This document shows positions 32,857 through 45,600 of a stretch of DNA of 64,000 bases, in pieces. How positions within the stretch are numbered: the first letter of the stretch is position 1; each line of letters starts with the position of its first letter. This stretch comes from Cladosporium halotolerans (taxonomy: Eukaryota): assembly GCF_011745625.1 (NCBI RefSeq), contig NW_027191455.1, forward strand, positions 186,001-250,000. The letters are read 5' to 3'. The position numbers and the translations under genes are program-made. The notes beneath the pieces were generated by a model. The model worked only from the letters and a program-made list of their open reading frames with translations, was not told where the DNA came from and made no database searches.

Positions 32857-33525
32857 GGGATGGGTACGATCGATATGATGAAATAGATGTACACGGTCAT
32901 TTTCGAATGTTTGCTCACCTCTTGGGCTGACCTCCTAATAATCAATATCTCCTTTCATGCTATCAGTGCCTAATTTGCTCGTACTTGTGACTTCTGCCAA
33001 TGGCAGGCCAATCATTGAAAAGGCGGTCTTTCAAAGCAACACTCTATCAGACCACCTTGAAGCAGCTCTATTGATATAAAGATGTCAACCTCGAAGTTCC
33101 ATGCTGCAACGACGTTGCCTCTCTTACACAATCTGTTCTCCACTAGGTCACAAGGGTGTATCCCGTCTGCTTTCTCAACTTTAATCGTCATTCGGATCAC
33201 AAGCCGCAAGCCTCGGCGCCGTCTCAGCCAGTCGGAACTACAATCCTTCGCTCGATCACAGCCCGAGCTAGGCCTTTTTGGGCAATCGGTATTCAGAACC
33301 ACCATGATCTCAATTGAGAGACTGGGTTAAACGAGTGCACGGTCAAAGATTCGAAGACGTACGATGCATGTCGGAACAAAATGGATACAAATACAACCGT
33401 CCCCTGCCACTCTGCCATCGACTTATCAATCTCACTCACCACAGCCATCGTCCTCATACCTACGAAAGCATTTTCACTTGACTTATTTCAACTCGAGATA
33501 ATTGCCCATCTTGCTACCAAGCCCC

Positions 33526-34124
33526 ATGGCCTCTTCCTCAGCAACACCCGCAATGCCATACAACTGGTCGATGCAAGCCATCCCGGCCGCGTTCCTCTTC
33601 GGCATCGTGCCGCACGGCTACTATCTGACCCGGCTCATGATCGCGACCAAGAACCAAATGTCAAACGCCATGTGCGTTGGCTCGCTCCTGCCAAAGGAAA
33701 GTCACAGCTGACATACAATCTCAAAGGCCGAGAACGAACCTCGACAGCTGGAAGAGCAAACTCCCAGCCGCGACGTGGAACCATCTCGCGAGAGCTCGTG
33801 GTGCTCATTTGAACAGCATGGAAGTCTTCCCGCTGTTTGCTGCGGCGATGGTATGTTTTGAGCCGACAGTCCGTCGAATCTGGACGTTCCGCGGCTAACT
33901 TCGCATCTCAGGTGGCAGGGAACGTGGCTCAGCTGCCAGCGAAGGACATGAACAGCATGGCGTTCGGCTTCTTCGAGGCGCGTGCCTTGTACATGGCACT
34001 GTACATGACGGTCAAGAGCGACACGCTGGCGTATGCGCGCACCGTAGCTTATGCTTGGTCGATCGCGATTCCGATCATGGGACTGTGGCAGGCTGGCAGA
34101 GTGATTGCTGCTCCAGAGGTCTGA
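33526..34124 (+). CDS. MAPEG-family membrane protein; introns 33672-33726, 33851-33911
   Basis: Spliced product has 'PRTNL...RARGAHLNSMEVFPLFAAA' and 'RALYMALY...RTVAY'. Confidence 0.85.
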
Positions 34125-34169
34125 GTAGAGTCTCGACACGTGCGAAAGAGGAGCGAAGTAACAATGTGA

Positions 34170-35765
34170 TCATGGGCCGTGTAGGTAGCTGTTGAATTCC
34201 TTCCATCTCGCACAAGCAGCAAGTCTTTTCTCCTGGAACGTTGCGTGGCTGAGATCCTCTTCCCATGCCTCTGCCGTGGCTTGGATGCTAGCTGCCACGC
34301 CTTTCTCGTGGGCCGCATATACCCAAGAGTGCCGAGGAGCGGGTTGATCCTGCAGATCGAGCAATAGCTTTGCGATCGCTTGAGCCTCGTTCTCAAGACG
34401 TAGTCGCTCCGGCTCGCAAAGTGATGCCAAGATACGCTTGTAGACGCATAAGCATTCGAGCGCGGTGCCGAAGACCTCGCGCCGCGTTGCAAGCTCAGAG
34501 TGGGAGACGGGCGCCATTGACATGCGGACAACATGGGCTTTGTAATCTTCAAGGCATTCAAGTATCTCTTTGTGGATCTGGCGGCACTTGAGCTCCAGAA
34601 CTAGCAACAAACCTTCATCGAAGGTATCCGGGTCCATGGCTCTCGTAGTATCGACCAGCATGCTTGCAAGAGAGAGCATTCGCATGCGCAGGCGGATCAC
34701 CACCTCGCTCCGGTCCGTGAGACCAGGCGTTTCTTGGATCATGGATTCGTAGAGACGCATCCACTCAGGATCCTCAAGGTAGCATCTTTCCTCCTTGTAG
34801 AGAGCATTTGTGAAAGCAGGGCCAATACTGGAGTGGAAGAGCAGCTTCTCGAACTCTGTTTTGAACCTGGCTGGCGTTCGCTTCTTGATGACGAGAGCAG
34901 AACCATTGATGTGGTGGGTATAAGCAGCGGCACGCTGAGGGTCGAGCATCTAGTATCATTAGCAAGTTCTCGTTGATAGAAATCACTTTTGCTGTCCAGC
35001 TAAACTTACCTCGTGTAAGCTGAGCATCTGAATGGCGCAGAGCAAATCCGCATCCATGCTGCTGTCCTCACAAGCAATAGCCTCTTGGAGAGATGCCAAA
35101 GCCTTAGCGTACATCCTCATCACTATCGCATCGCAATTGACATTCGGCCCTCTCAGCCTACTATGAGCTTTCGCAGACACACAATCAACCACCGCAGTCA
35201 GGTATGGCTTATGCCCGTACCGACTGGGTATGAACTGCAGGTAGGACTGCATATCCGGGCAGCCAAGTAGGGTGATCAGCAATTCTGGCGTTTCTGATAT
35301 TGCATACATGGTGCTCTGACCGACATTGAAGCTGGTCAGAAGCGAGAGGTCCCGCACATCGAAGCCATACTTCATGCGTAGCTTATCGAACCCGCTGCTG
35401 GGATTGCGATTGCTTAATGATGCTGTCAGAACTTGGTCGCAAAGCCAATCATGCGTTTGGCCTGCCAGGACAAGCTGGCCATCGGTGCTCGTGGCGTCGG
35501 TATCCGTGTCCTCTGGTGGGGTTGATTTGGCGCTTGACGTCGTACTGCTATCAGTGCTAGAGGAGCTAGTCGATGCCTCGTTCTGAGCATTGGTGTCTTC
35601 TTCAGTGGGATGCTGACGCAGGTTCACGCGGCCATGGCCGCCACGTTTTTTTCGCGCAATCCCAACATCCTTCATTGCCTGCTTGCGGATTAGTGTACGG
35701 AGAGCCGGGTCTCTGGGTACTTTCGGTCCACTCGACACGATGAAGGGAAAGCTCGTGTCTGCCAT
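34170..35765 (-). CDS. Fungal transcription-factor-like protein lacking a Zn2Cys6 cluster; intron 34950-35009
   Basis: N-terminal 'FPFIVSS...RTLIRKQAMK' basic helix; 'YAKALASLQEAI...LLCAIQMLSLHE/MLD...HHING...KRTPARF.TEFEK' resembles the fungal TF ligand-type domain. Confidence 0.75.
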
Positions 35766-36422
35766 CGCTGTTTTCCTTTCAACTGAAGCTACCGCGGGTG
35801 TGAACGCTTGGTGTGTCAGTATCGCCTGCGTGCGGTGTGATGAGACCTGTGGTGCAGATAGGATGGTCTGGCGGATTGCTCTGCGAACATCGTCTGCCTG
35901 GGAGGGACATTTCTGTTTCCTATCCTCATAGGCACCAGAGTCACCAGTGGACCGCACCACTGGTCTACCAGTGTAGTAGTGTGGGTTCAGCTGACCAGGG
36001 TACCAATAGCTGTTTTGGGCCATAATTGTGGGGCTTCATCAGGCAACTGGCCGCCCATCCCTACCATTCTTGGGCACAGGTATAGAGTAGCGGCGCTGCA
36101 CGTTCACAGCATCAAACGCTGCTGATCACAAAAACAGCGCTACGAGATACATCGACATACGTGTGCTCTTTCTCGACTGAAGGGATTGTGGCGCTTGCCA
36201 CAGGGAACGATTTTGCAGGGTGGATGTGAGGAGTGAAACAAGTGGATCCGCCTTGAACGGCATTTTGAATTTCTGAGCATTATGGAGCTGTGATGACAGC
36301 TCATCAGACTATCAAAGAGTCGCAGCACTGCAGCTGGCAGTGATCCCATGATTCAGCATTCCTGACTTTCTTTTCGCCATACGCCTCGCTAAAACCCATA
36401 AGCAAATGCAAGCGATCGGCTT

Positions 36423-37310
36423 TCACCAGCGCGATCCGCCGTAGCCACCGCCGCCTCTGCCTCCGCGTCTGCCGTAACCGCCACCTCCACCACCTCTGCC
36501 GTAGCCTCTTCCGCCGTAGCCACCTCCATAGCCGCCGTCCTGGTATCCGTCCCTGCGGTCGTCTTCCATGGGATCGTTGCGGACCGGCGGTGCACGTCCC
36601 TTGAGTTCCTTCTGGAGGCGCTCGCTTTCCTTGCGCATCTGGGCGTATCCCAAGTGCATCTTGCCAAAGAAGTGGTCGGCCAGGCGGCGGTCGTTGTCCA
36701 GGCGAGATAGGTAAGCGCCGCAGACGTCGCAAACCTGTAGCTTCTGGTGACCAGACGGGCCAGATGTGTCCGAAAGTGCCTTCAGCTCGCGCTCCTTTTC
36801 TTCCTTCTGAATCTTCTGCAGCCTGACGCCGTGGAACTGCTGGACAGCCTGATTGACGAGGCCTTCCTCGCTCATGATTTCGACCTCAACCAGTCCCGTG
36901 TTGATACTCTCTTTCAACTCCGCGATCTCCTTGAGAAGCGCATTGGTCTGGCGGATCTCATCCGGCGTCTTCTCCAAGCGTCTCTGCGCTTGATCAATTC
37001 TGCGGTCGCAGTCGCTGACGTACTTGCCGATGTCACGCCAGTAGTCGAATTCAAATCCCCACTCGCGCTTCTGCGACTCTGAGGCAGCTAGGTATTCCTC
37101 GCGCAGGTTCGGTTGGTGGACCTTATCGCATGGGCCCAGGTCTTGCTTCGTATTGGTGAAAAGGTCGTGCGGGCACGACCCGGCGAGGTAGGAGCGACAG
37201 ACTTTGGGGTCTGTGATGGTGAGGGACGATTGCTTGGACGCCGTCCCGGGCATCGACATGAGGTTTTCACCCATGAGCTGCTCGAGCAGCTTGCGCTGCT
37301 CGGCCGCCAT
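36423..37310 (-). CDS. LUC7: U1 snRNP-associated splicing factor Luc7
   Basis: 'MAAEQRKLLEQLMG', ZnF1 'VCRSYLAGSCPHDLFTNTKQDLGPC', ZnF2 'CDVCGAYLSRLDNDRRLADHFFGKMH', RGG tail. Confidence 0.96.
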   Translation of the reverse strand: MAAEQRKLLEQLMGENLMSMPGTASKQSSLTITDPKVCRSYLAGSCPHDLFTNTKQDLGPCDKVHQPNLREEYLAASESQKREWGFEFDYWRDIGKYVSDCDRRIDQAQRRLEKTPDEIRQTNALLKEIAELKESINTGLVEVEIMSEEGLVNQAVQQFHGVRLQKIQKEEKERELKALSDTSGPSGHQKLQVCDVCGAYLSRLDNDRRLADHFFGKMHLGYAQMRKESERLQKELKGRAPPVRNDPMEDDRRDGYQDGGYGGGYGGRGYGRGGGGGGYGRRGGRGGGGYGGSRW

Positions 37311-37611
37311 GGTGAGGGTGTGTCGTGCGTACCAGAAGGTCGGCGGGATCCAGTACCGAGGGTCCTGCGGCCAGTCGCTCTAGCGCGATCCAGAAAATGT
37401 GTCGTGAGAGAGAGGTGGGCTTGATGTGTCGCGAAGGAAAGTCGAGCTTGCGATCGTGGCGCGTGAAGCCCGTTGCACTTTCTGCGCGACCTGCGCCTCT
37501 ACCCCGGATCTTGGCATACTCCCCCTCGTTACCTGACCAGAACCTCACTTCACCTGGCGGGGAATAGCTCTATGTTTTGCGCTCTGAAGTGGTAAGCCTC
37601 GGCGGGCCAGT

Positions 37612-39504
37612 ATGAAGCTCCGGGATCTCCTGCAGCTATCGTCTGTGCTGGCCCTGTTCACTCTTAGCCATGCCTCCTCGATCCCAAATCAGGAGTATTC
37701 GGAACACCTATACCTCAAACCGCTCGCGAACGATCATCTCCACGCCGACTTTAACTTCACGGCAACCACACCCGTAGCGGACTACGACGCGCAGCACTTC
37801 CGCTATTTTCCTCGGTCCCTGGCACAAATACTCCAGTACACTCACACAACCGAGCTCCATTTGCGATTCGCGTTGGGACGATGGGACGAAGAACAATGGG
37901 GATCACGCCCGCGGAACGGCAGGCGAGAAGGCGGCACAGGTGTTGAGCTATGGGCTTGGATAGAAGGACAGTCGGAGGAAGCAGATGAACGATGGTCAGA
38001 CTTGGTGAACAGCTTGTCAGGACTCTTTTGTGCCAGTCTCAACTTCGTGGACTCGACAAAGACGATTCGACCTGTGTTGAGCTTCGAACCCGAGGGCACG
38101 CATCCATCTGGTAGTGGAGGCTCACAGCTTCTCCATGGTATGCTACCACATGAGGTTGTCTGCACCGAAAACCTTACGCCGTTTCTGAAGATGCTGCCTT
38201 GTAAGGGCAAGGCTGGCATCTCGAGCTTGCTGGACGGACACAAGCTGTTTGATGCCTCGTGGCAGTCGATGGCGGTCGACGTCCGACCAGTATGCCCGAG
38301 CACAAACAGCAGGAAGGACGAGTGTGTCTTAGAGATCCAACAAACAGTCTCAATGGCACTGTCCATACCTCGGAGCATGCGCGATCGACACAACCCGATA
38401 CCTCGACCACCACCCATCGAGGAGATTGAGTGCGACGATAGCAAGGTCTGGAATGGTCACGACACTTGTTATCCCAAACCCTCTACAGGCGATCTAGGCT
38501 GGAGCCTGGCGAAGGTCTTTGGCCGTCCTATCAAGGGGGCGTGTCCGCTAGGAGACGCGGATGGCGCTGGGGACATCAGTCTAGACGTTCCCTTGGAAAG
38601 GACGGTCGAAGCACAAGGAAGTGCAAGCTCTGAAACCGAGCCTAGCGGTCTTCGGAAGTTCAGCCTGCAGGCGGCCACGGACTTTGACGTTGTTCTGCCA
38701 AGACAGGATACCGTCTCCTCCTCAAGCTCAACACATCCCCCTCTGTATGCTTCGAGGCAAATGACAGGCTATGGACAAGAGCGAGGTGGCATGCACGCAA
38801 CCTTGAGGAACCCACATCCCTATCCTCAGAAGATTGTGTACCTCGAAAGCTTGCCATGGTATCTGAAGCCCTACATGCACACTCTGGAAATCCAGCATGG
38901 CAACATCGAAAAGATGTTTTACACACCAGCTCTAGACCGTGTGAGGGGAACTCACTTGGAGTTGGTGATCGAGATTCCAGCCGACTCGACCGTTGAGTTA
39001 AACTACGACTTCGAAAAGGCCATCCTCCGGTACACCGAGTACCCTCCCGACGCTAACAGGGGCTTCGATGTTGCCCCTGCCGTAATCCGGGTGCTTCCGC
39101 GCAATGTCTCGGATCCTGCGGACGGAAATAATCAAGACGAGTATTTGCGCACGACAAGCCTGCTGCTGCCTCTTCCGACACCAGACTTCAGCATGCCTTA
39201 CAATGTCATCATCCTCACGAGCACCGTCATCGCGCTAGGCTTTGGTTCCATCTTCAACATGCTGATTAGGAAATTCGTGTTGCTCGAAGAGGTACCGGCG
39301 TCGCCGTTGAAGACGAAGGTGACTATGCTGAAAGAGAAAATTGCTGCTTTGCTTGGAAAGACTTCCAAGAAGGGATCCGATACTAAGCCCAGCGAAGAGC
39401 CCGGGCCGGCAGCAGTAATAGATCCAAATGCCGCATTAAACGGTTCAACAGACGGCAGCGCCCTCACAAATGGAAGTGCGAAGTTACGGAATGTCAAGGG
39501 CTAG
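37612..39504 (+). CDS. GPI16: GPI transamidase subunit Gpi16/PIG-T
   Basis: Signal peptide; 'SLSGLFCASLNF', 'EVVCTENLTPFLKMLPC', 'EYPPDANRGF', 'LPTPDFSMPYNVIILT' plus TM segment. Confidence 0.96.
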   Translation: MKLRDLLQLSSVLALFTLSHASSIPNQEYSEHLYLKPLANDHLHADFNFTATTPVADYDAQHFRYFPRSLAQILQYTHTTELHLRFALGRWDEEQWGSRPRNGRREGGTGVELWAWIEGQSEEADERWSDLVNSLSGLFCASLNFVDSTKTIRPVLSFEPEGTHPSGSGGSQLLHGMLPHEVVCTENLTPFLKMLPCKGKAGISSLLDGHKLFDASWQSMAVDVRPVCPSTNSRKDECVLEIQQTVSMALSIPRSMRDRHNPIPRPPPIEEIECDDSKVWNGHDTCYPKPSTGDLGWSLAKVFGRPIKGACPLGDADGAGDISLDVPLERTVEAQGSASSETEPSGLRKFSLQAATDFDVVLPRQDTVSSSSSTHPPLYASRQMTGYGQERGGMHATLRNPHPYPQKIVYLESLPWYLKPYMHTLEIQHGNIEKMFYTPALDRVRGTHLELVIEIPADSTVELNYDFEKAILRYTEYPPDANRGFDVAPAVIRVLPRNVSDPADGNNQDEYLRTTSLLLPLPTPDFSMPYNVIILTSTVIALGFGSIFNMLIRKFVLLEEVPASPLKTKVTMLKEKIAALLGKTSKKGSDTKPSEEPGPAAVIDPNAALNGSTDGSALTNGSAKLRNVKG

Positions 39505-39782
39505 ATAGTACGGCTCTTTGAACTACACAAGCTATACAGCTAAATTACTCCCTCACTTCCTTATTTTCCTCGGTGCAAATCTGAAGTACTGTCCATCTTT
39601 GGTGATAGCGCCATGTGTGAAGGCCTTTGGGGCTGACATTCACTCTTATGCCCGCTTCGATGCGGCGGAGGGTGCTTCAGCCTGCCCAACCTATCTCGGG
39701 AGCAACGAACAACCGCAGACAACTGCGAACTCTCCAAAAGCTCTGCTGTCTTCTCAGGAATTGGGGCCTTGCATGAGAAAAG

Positions 39783-41552
39783 ATGTCAGTATATCCGGTC
39801 ATGCGCGATCCTGAAACTTCAGCTACGGCTGCTCAGCTTCCAGTCTTCGCCGTCCAGCCTGACGTTGAAATGCCGGCTAGAGGCCTATGATATGACAGAC
39901 TGTCCACCGTACCATGCAATCACGTATGCGTACGGCGATCCAGCGTGTTCACATCGGCTCGTCTTGAATGGAGAAGTGATAAGCATGAATCAAAACGGCT
40001 ATGACGCCCTGCAACAAGTGAGGGCTCACGCACCAGGTGCACATTTCTGGCTCGACTTCCTATGCATCAACCAGACAGATCTCGAGGAGAAAGCTTTTCA
40101 GGTCAATAAGATCGCAAAAATCTTCGCCGGCTCGTTCGAAGTCTGGGCCTACCTCGGACCACACGGAGACGATAGGAGTTCTTATTGCAGAGACTCGCGA
40201 GCCTCCCTCAAGAAGACGCTGCCCGAGCCAGAATTATCACCTTCCACGAACAGCAAGAAGAGCTGTTGAGACGAACAATAAAGTGGTTGGTTCTTCTTGG
40301 AGAAGACTTCGACCGCTTCACCGCCGCACTGAAAGCCTTTGGACGCCGGCCATTCTTCAGTCGCATGTGGACATACCAAGAGCTCTATCTGGCTGCGAGG
40401 ATAAAGATGGTGTGCGGCACGCATAGAACCAACATGCAGGCTCTTAAGGATGTCTCGTAGGTGTGCTCGGAGCTCCTGGCCACTTATAACCCACAGCGGG
40501 AGTACAATTACAAGGCTGCGCAAGTAAAGCTTTTGGATTGGCTATTCCAAGATGATGGTTCGCTGATGTGGAGCTTCAACAAGGACTTGGTAACGCTTCA
40601 GCGAATGGCCACTCTGATCCACCGCGGGTATGAGACGTCTAGGCAAAAGGTATTTTGGGATCGTTTGGGCATTCTCGAGGTCCAGAGCGCGATCCGGAGT
40701 CTGCAATGTCAGGATCCGAGGGACAAGATCTTCGCCGTGCTGAGCTTGTTCCGCGATTCTTGCCGCATCATGCCTGATTATACATTGACCAGTTTCGACT
40801 TGGCTCTGCTGGTGCTCAAGGAGTATGCGGCTTGTACAGCCGCTGGGGACATCGTTGAACTCGCTGTTCACCTGTGTCATAACCTGCGGCCACAACTTGA
40901 TGAGCGCCTCGAGCACTCAAACACAAGCGCTCAGTATCGCACGAGTGTTACCGTTGACGCTGCCATCCAGAGGAAGAAAGCACGACACGGCGACGCGATG
41001 CCCAGCGTTTCCACGTTGGCATCTGCTCAAGTCACAATCGATCAGAATGGCCAGATGAAAGCAGCCTTTGAATTGGACGAAGTACCGGTTCCAGCGCAAA
41101 TCACACGCAATTGGATCCTCGTCGTTGATGAACGCCCCGTGGGGCTAGCAACATGTGAGCTCAAAGCCGGTGACTGGATCGCCTTACTGAGCTACCAAAG
41201 CCCCATTGAACATTACTTCGCTGGCCTGGTTTTCAGGTTGCAGCAAGAAGGTCTCTATGATGTTGTGGGAGAGGCGGCGTTATGCTCCGGATGGAAGCCT
41301 TCGACGACTTGGTCGGTTTTCACCGATGGGCTTGGGCAGATGGATCGCACCGACTTTTGGGCCTGCTTCGAGGTTCTGTTTGACCCTGAGGAAGTCCTTT
41401 TACTTGCAATGCGGCTTCGCGAATCACTCGGAGCCCTATCGCGAGAAGGGGGTTTTTCTGAAACGGATACACACCGCCTGCTGTCCACTGAATCGTTGAC
41501 ATGGAAGCGAAGTTTTGCCAATAGACGCGAGCCACATCCCATAACGGACTGA
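39783..41552 (+). pseudogene. HET-domain (heterokaryon incompatibility, HET-6-like) gene disrupted by two apparent frameshifts and a premature stop
   Basis: HET motifs 'QLRLL', 'YHAITYAYGD', 'FWLDFLCINQ.D..EK', 'FFSRMWTYQE' and 'CQDPRDKIFA' are split over frames; shifts at ~39819 and ~40175; TAG at 40458-40460. Confidence 0.8.
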
Positions 41553-41700
41553 CAAAAGTACGTTGCATGAATACCAAGAGGTTTCAGATGCGGTTCCCAT
41601 TTCCTTGAAACAGATTGAGCTTACGACGGACTGTGGCGTCTTTCCCGTTGTCCAGCTGCCATGATTCGACGTCGACGATCGAAAGCATGTCACCGCGCTT

Positions 41701-42627
41701 CTACGGCATTTCGACCGATCTATCATACACCCATTTGACTTGCTCAGCTACCCACGCAGGATCTACCAACTGAACATTGTGCGTCGCCCGTTTCCCCTCA
41801 GCCTTGAGGAACCGCGCATTCCCAGACAAAGCCAGCTGTGTTCGCTGCGCAGCCTCATCTTCCACAGACATCTTCTCCAAGTGTCTCCGCACAACCTCCT
41901 GCTGCTCGGCCGTACCAAACCCATGCTCGACCCCATACTCATACACCTTCCGGAAGTCATTGCTCTCATCGCAGAAAACGACACAAAGAGGCTTCCTCCC
42001 CAGCGCCTGCCATCCCCGCAGCTCGTCATCGAGCACTCGATTGCCCGGCCTGATAAGCCCCAGTTCTGTCTCCGCAATCCCTCCCGGCGCCTCATTTATC
42101 GCACTCTCGCGAGCAATCATCTCCCACTCCGCCTCCGCAACACCCCTATTCCCCCTCAACCCCACGACCTCCTCATACGTGCTCCCACCCAGCAACTCAG
42201 TCCACGCCTTTGGAAAGAAATTCGCAACCGGCACCGAATCCACCAGCACCAGGCCCGCGACCTCGCCCGGAGCATCTTTCAGCACCTGCCGCGCAACGAC
42301 ACCGCCGTACGAGTGCCCGACGAGCAGATACGGCGGCTGGACGCCGGCCGCACGCAGCAAAGCCCGCAGGTCGGCGGCGATGTTGGCGCTCGTCGGCGGC
42401 AGCGTGGGCGCGTCGCTGCCGTGGTAGCCGGCGCGCTCGGGCACGCAGACGGGGGCGAAGCGCGCGATGTGACGTTGGACATCGAACCATTCGCGCGCGC
42501 AGCCGCCGAGGCCGTGGAGGAGGATGATGGCTGGGGTTGAAGGGGAGGTCCGCGGGGGTCCCGAGGTCTTGAGGGAGAGGTGGCGGCCGTCTGGCAGGCG
42601 GACGCGGCGTTCTTGTTCGGTCTGCAT
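41701..42627 (-). CDS. Alpha/beta hydrolase (Abhydrolase_1/6)
   Basis: 'LLHGLGG', 'ERAGYHGSD', 'PPYLLVGHSYGG', 'GLVLVDS', C-terminal His 'THNVQ'. Confidence 0.87.
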   Translation of the reverse strand: MQTEQERRVRLPDGRHLSLKTSGPPRTSPSTPAIILLHGLGGCAREWFDVQRHIARFAPVCVPERAGYHGSDAPTLPPTSANIAADLRALLRAAGVQPPYLLVGHSYGGVVARQVLKDAPGEVAGLVLVDSVPVANFFPKAWTELLGGSTYEEVVGLRGNRGVAEAEWEMIARESAINEAPGGIAETELGLIRPGNRVLDDELRGWQALGRKPLCVVFCDESNDFRKVYEYGVEHGFGTAEQQEVVRRHLEKMSVEDEAAQRTQLALSGNARFLKAEGKRATHNVQLVDPAWVAEQVKWVYDRSVEMP

Positions 42628-45600
42628 TCTTTCTGTGGTCCGGGAGACTTGGTGATTGGCACGGGAAAAAGTGTCCGAATCATCGTGTCAAGGACGGAGA
42701 AGTAGTTCGCCCCGCAGATGGTGGGGATGGATCCGCTTTCGCTTCTTTGTACTATTCGGGAAGGTGACGTTGTTCGTCGTCTTGTTGTCCGGCTGTGTAG
42801 GATGTTGTTGGATGATGCAGGCTCGTCAACGGCAGTGAGAATGATGTGAAGTGAAGTTGGCAACACAACTCCGGCGCAAACGTTCTTTCCAAGTCAAGGT
42901 CTGTCAAATCGAGACTGTGAAACATCAGAGCGTCTTGTAAACTGGGCGTGAAGTGACAAAGACGTTTCAAAACCTCTAAAACTTGCCACTCATGCAAACA
43001 ACAACAACAGCGAGGAAGTGAAAGATCCCGGAAGCCGATTACATATGTCCATCTGCGACACTCTCATCCTGAAGACTCGAACACATGTATGAAATGCATG
43101 TCGCCTTGCAGTTTAAGAAATGACATCCTTCATGTCTAGTAATACTGTATCACTTTTCCATCGTCATCCCAATCCTCCGCAGCCTTCACACTGACCTGTG
43201 ACTATATGTACCGAGCATCAGATCAGATAAGACACCTTTGCACCGATAAACGCACGTATCCTTTTCAACCAATCGATTCCCTCGACTCAGACACAGCCAT
43301 CGTTACCATTTGCCCTAGGGCCTTCACAGCAAAGGCACCTTCCGCCTCGTATCCCACCCGCAAGCCCGCAAACTCTCCCCCAAGCCTCCCAATGCCCAGC
43401 CAGGCGAATACCATCGGCTCTCCGGCTGAAGACGCATACCGCAGCGGCAGGTCTCATCAGCACCTCTTCATCTCCACATCCGAGCTCCCCGAGTCCGCCT
43501 CTCACGACGCGCGACGCGATAGCGTCAGTAGCCAGCCGCAGAGTCTCGCGATGTGGCTGCGGGCGTGGCGCGGAGCTGAAGCGAGCGAAGGCCACGTGGG
43601 ATGCGCTCGCCCTAACGGCCTCGCCGGTAACTTCGCTTGCCCTACCTTGCGCAAAGCAAAACAACCACGCTGGGATCTAGATGCGCTTGTTCTGGCGCTG
43701 GCGGCGACAGTGTCTGCGATAGAGTGTGCAGCGCGCACGGCCCGCGGTTCGCTCGGCGGGGCTACAGTACTGTACTGGTCGTAGCGGCATCTGAGATAGA
43801 TGGGCGATAGACGATGCGTAGATTCCAGCCGGGATCGATTCGAATATTAACGGGCCCACGCCGTCCCGCCCCAAAGCAGCCTCGGGCGCTGTCACGGAAC
43901 GCAAGCGAGCAAGGGTGCCTGCATACGATACGCGAGGCGGCATGCAGGCTGTCGAGCAAGACGCCCTCGAGTCAGGGCCCGCGTTCGCCACTGGCAGCCA
44001 AAGAACGCCACGTCCTGCTGCTGGAATTGCGGCAGCGGGACTCGCTCGCATGGGTTATCCCGGGCGATTGCCACGCGACGCGCTCGCGGCCGGGGCTGGA
44101 TCCCTTTGTCTGGGACGCGAGGGAGGGGGCGAGTCACAATGCTGGCGTGCGATCGCGTTTTGCTGGGACTGTTCTCGCTAGTCACGCTACCTATACTGTT
44201 CTGTGGGTAATATAAGCCGGGCCGCCTTAGTCATCATACTCTACTCTCGACCTCAACCTCGGCTCCCTGCCTGTTCGAGGCGATTATACATCCCCCTTAC
44301 CTTACAACATGACGTTGCAAGTGACAGCGCGCCCCCGCCGCAGCCGCAGCCGTCACCGCGCAGCGTCCGCCGTTTCGCACCTGCATGGCTGCAGCACAGC
44401 GGCCTGCGGCTCTGGCCGGCCGTACAGTGCAGTGCATAGTGCATTGCATACGGCACACGAGGTTCCTGATCAAATCTCGGTCGGGCGTCCCGGGTCGGGT
44501 GTGCGACACGGGAACTCGGGTGCGTGCGATCCATCTTACCTGCATCGGTTACGTTGAGGGGACATTCGCCTCGCATGAGAGTATCGATGGGGACTGATGG
44601 GCGGACCGGTGTTGGCCGCCCGGATGGTGATGACGAGGACGGTGACGGAAATAGGATTGCTTACTGTACATCTGTATGTATACCACCTGGTTGTGGAATC
44701 GGCCCCGACGACAGTGCGAATCTGACGTGGGCGCGGTCATTGATACTGAAGCTTCACGCTCGCGACGATGTCTCGGCAGCTGAACGGGTGCAGCTAACGA
44801 GCCCTTCTACCGTACCGTACCTTGGCAAACGTTGGTCGGAAAGTCGCAGTGCATGCATGCGTATACGTACTGTACCTACCCGCCCCCTAATACGTAAGTA
44901 CCACTCAACGTAGGAAGGATGTAAGGACGCAACAAACGGCACGCGACAACTCAGCCGCTCCGGCGGACCCGTCCACACAGCGCCAGACAATGGAACAGAA
45001 GCCCACCTATGCAAAGCCGCTGGGCACCTGACCAGCCTCAGCTAACAACGGTCTCTCCGATGGAAAGACGGATCGATCGGCACGGTTTGTTGTGACTTGT
45101 GACTACTCGCCTCTCGCAGTCGCTCACCCGATTGTGGAAAGGATAATATATTGCATGCGCGGCACCTGTATGTAGATGTGCCGTTCGATCGCGGCTGAGA
45201 GAGCTGGGTCGGGCGGTGCGTGTGCAGAACGGCGGGCGTGAAGGTCGTTCAGCTGGGTGAGTGGCTGGCTGGCTGGGGCTTGGTATTGTTGGAGGATGGT
45301 GAAGCTGCAGCGGTGGAGTCGGGGGTGGGTGAGATGGTTCTCATATAGGAGAAAGTCACGTGGAAAGTCCGGGGAGACCAGGAGTGCGTGGGACAGAAGT
45401 CGAAGAAGAGTAGTTCACGAATTTTTGTACTCGATGGTATCTAGAGCAAGAAATAAAACAAGCAGACCAAAAGAGAAGAGAGAGCAGTAGTCAAGCAGTA
45501 CTGTGCTCGCTGTCAAGCCGCAGAAAGAAAAAGAGAAAACAAACGCCTTTGGCCCCCTCCTCCTTGGGATCGAAGGGGCGGCAAAACATGATCGGAAATC

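Noticed and set aside
40458..40460. UAG rescued by A-to-I editing or readthrough in the HET gene
   Set aside because: Two independent frameshifts upstream make ordinary pseudogenisation more parsimonious
43206..43784. 192-aa ORF in the gene-free gap
   Set aside because: No motif, signal peptide or convincing codon bias; cannot be supported
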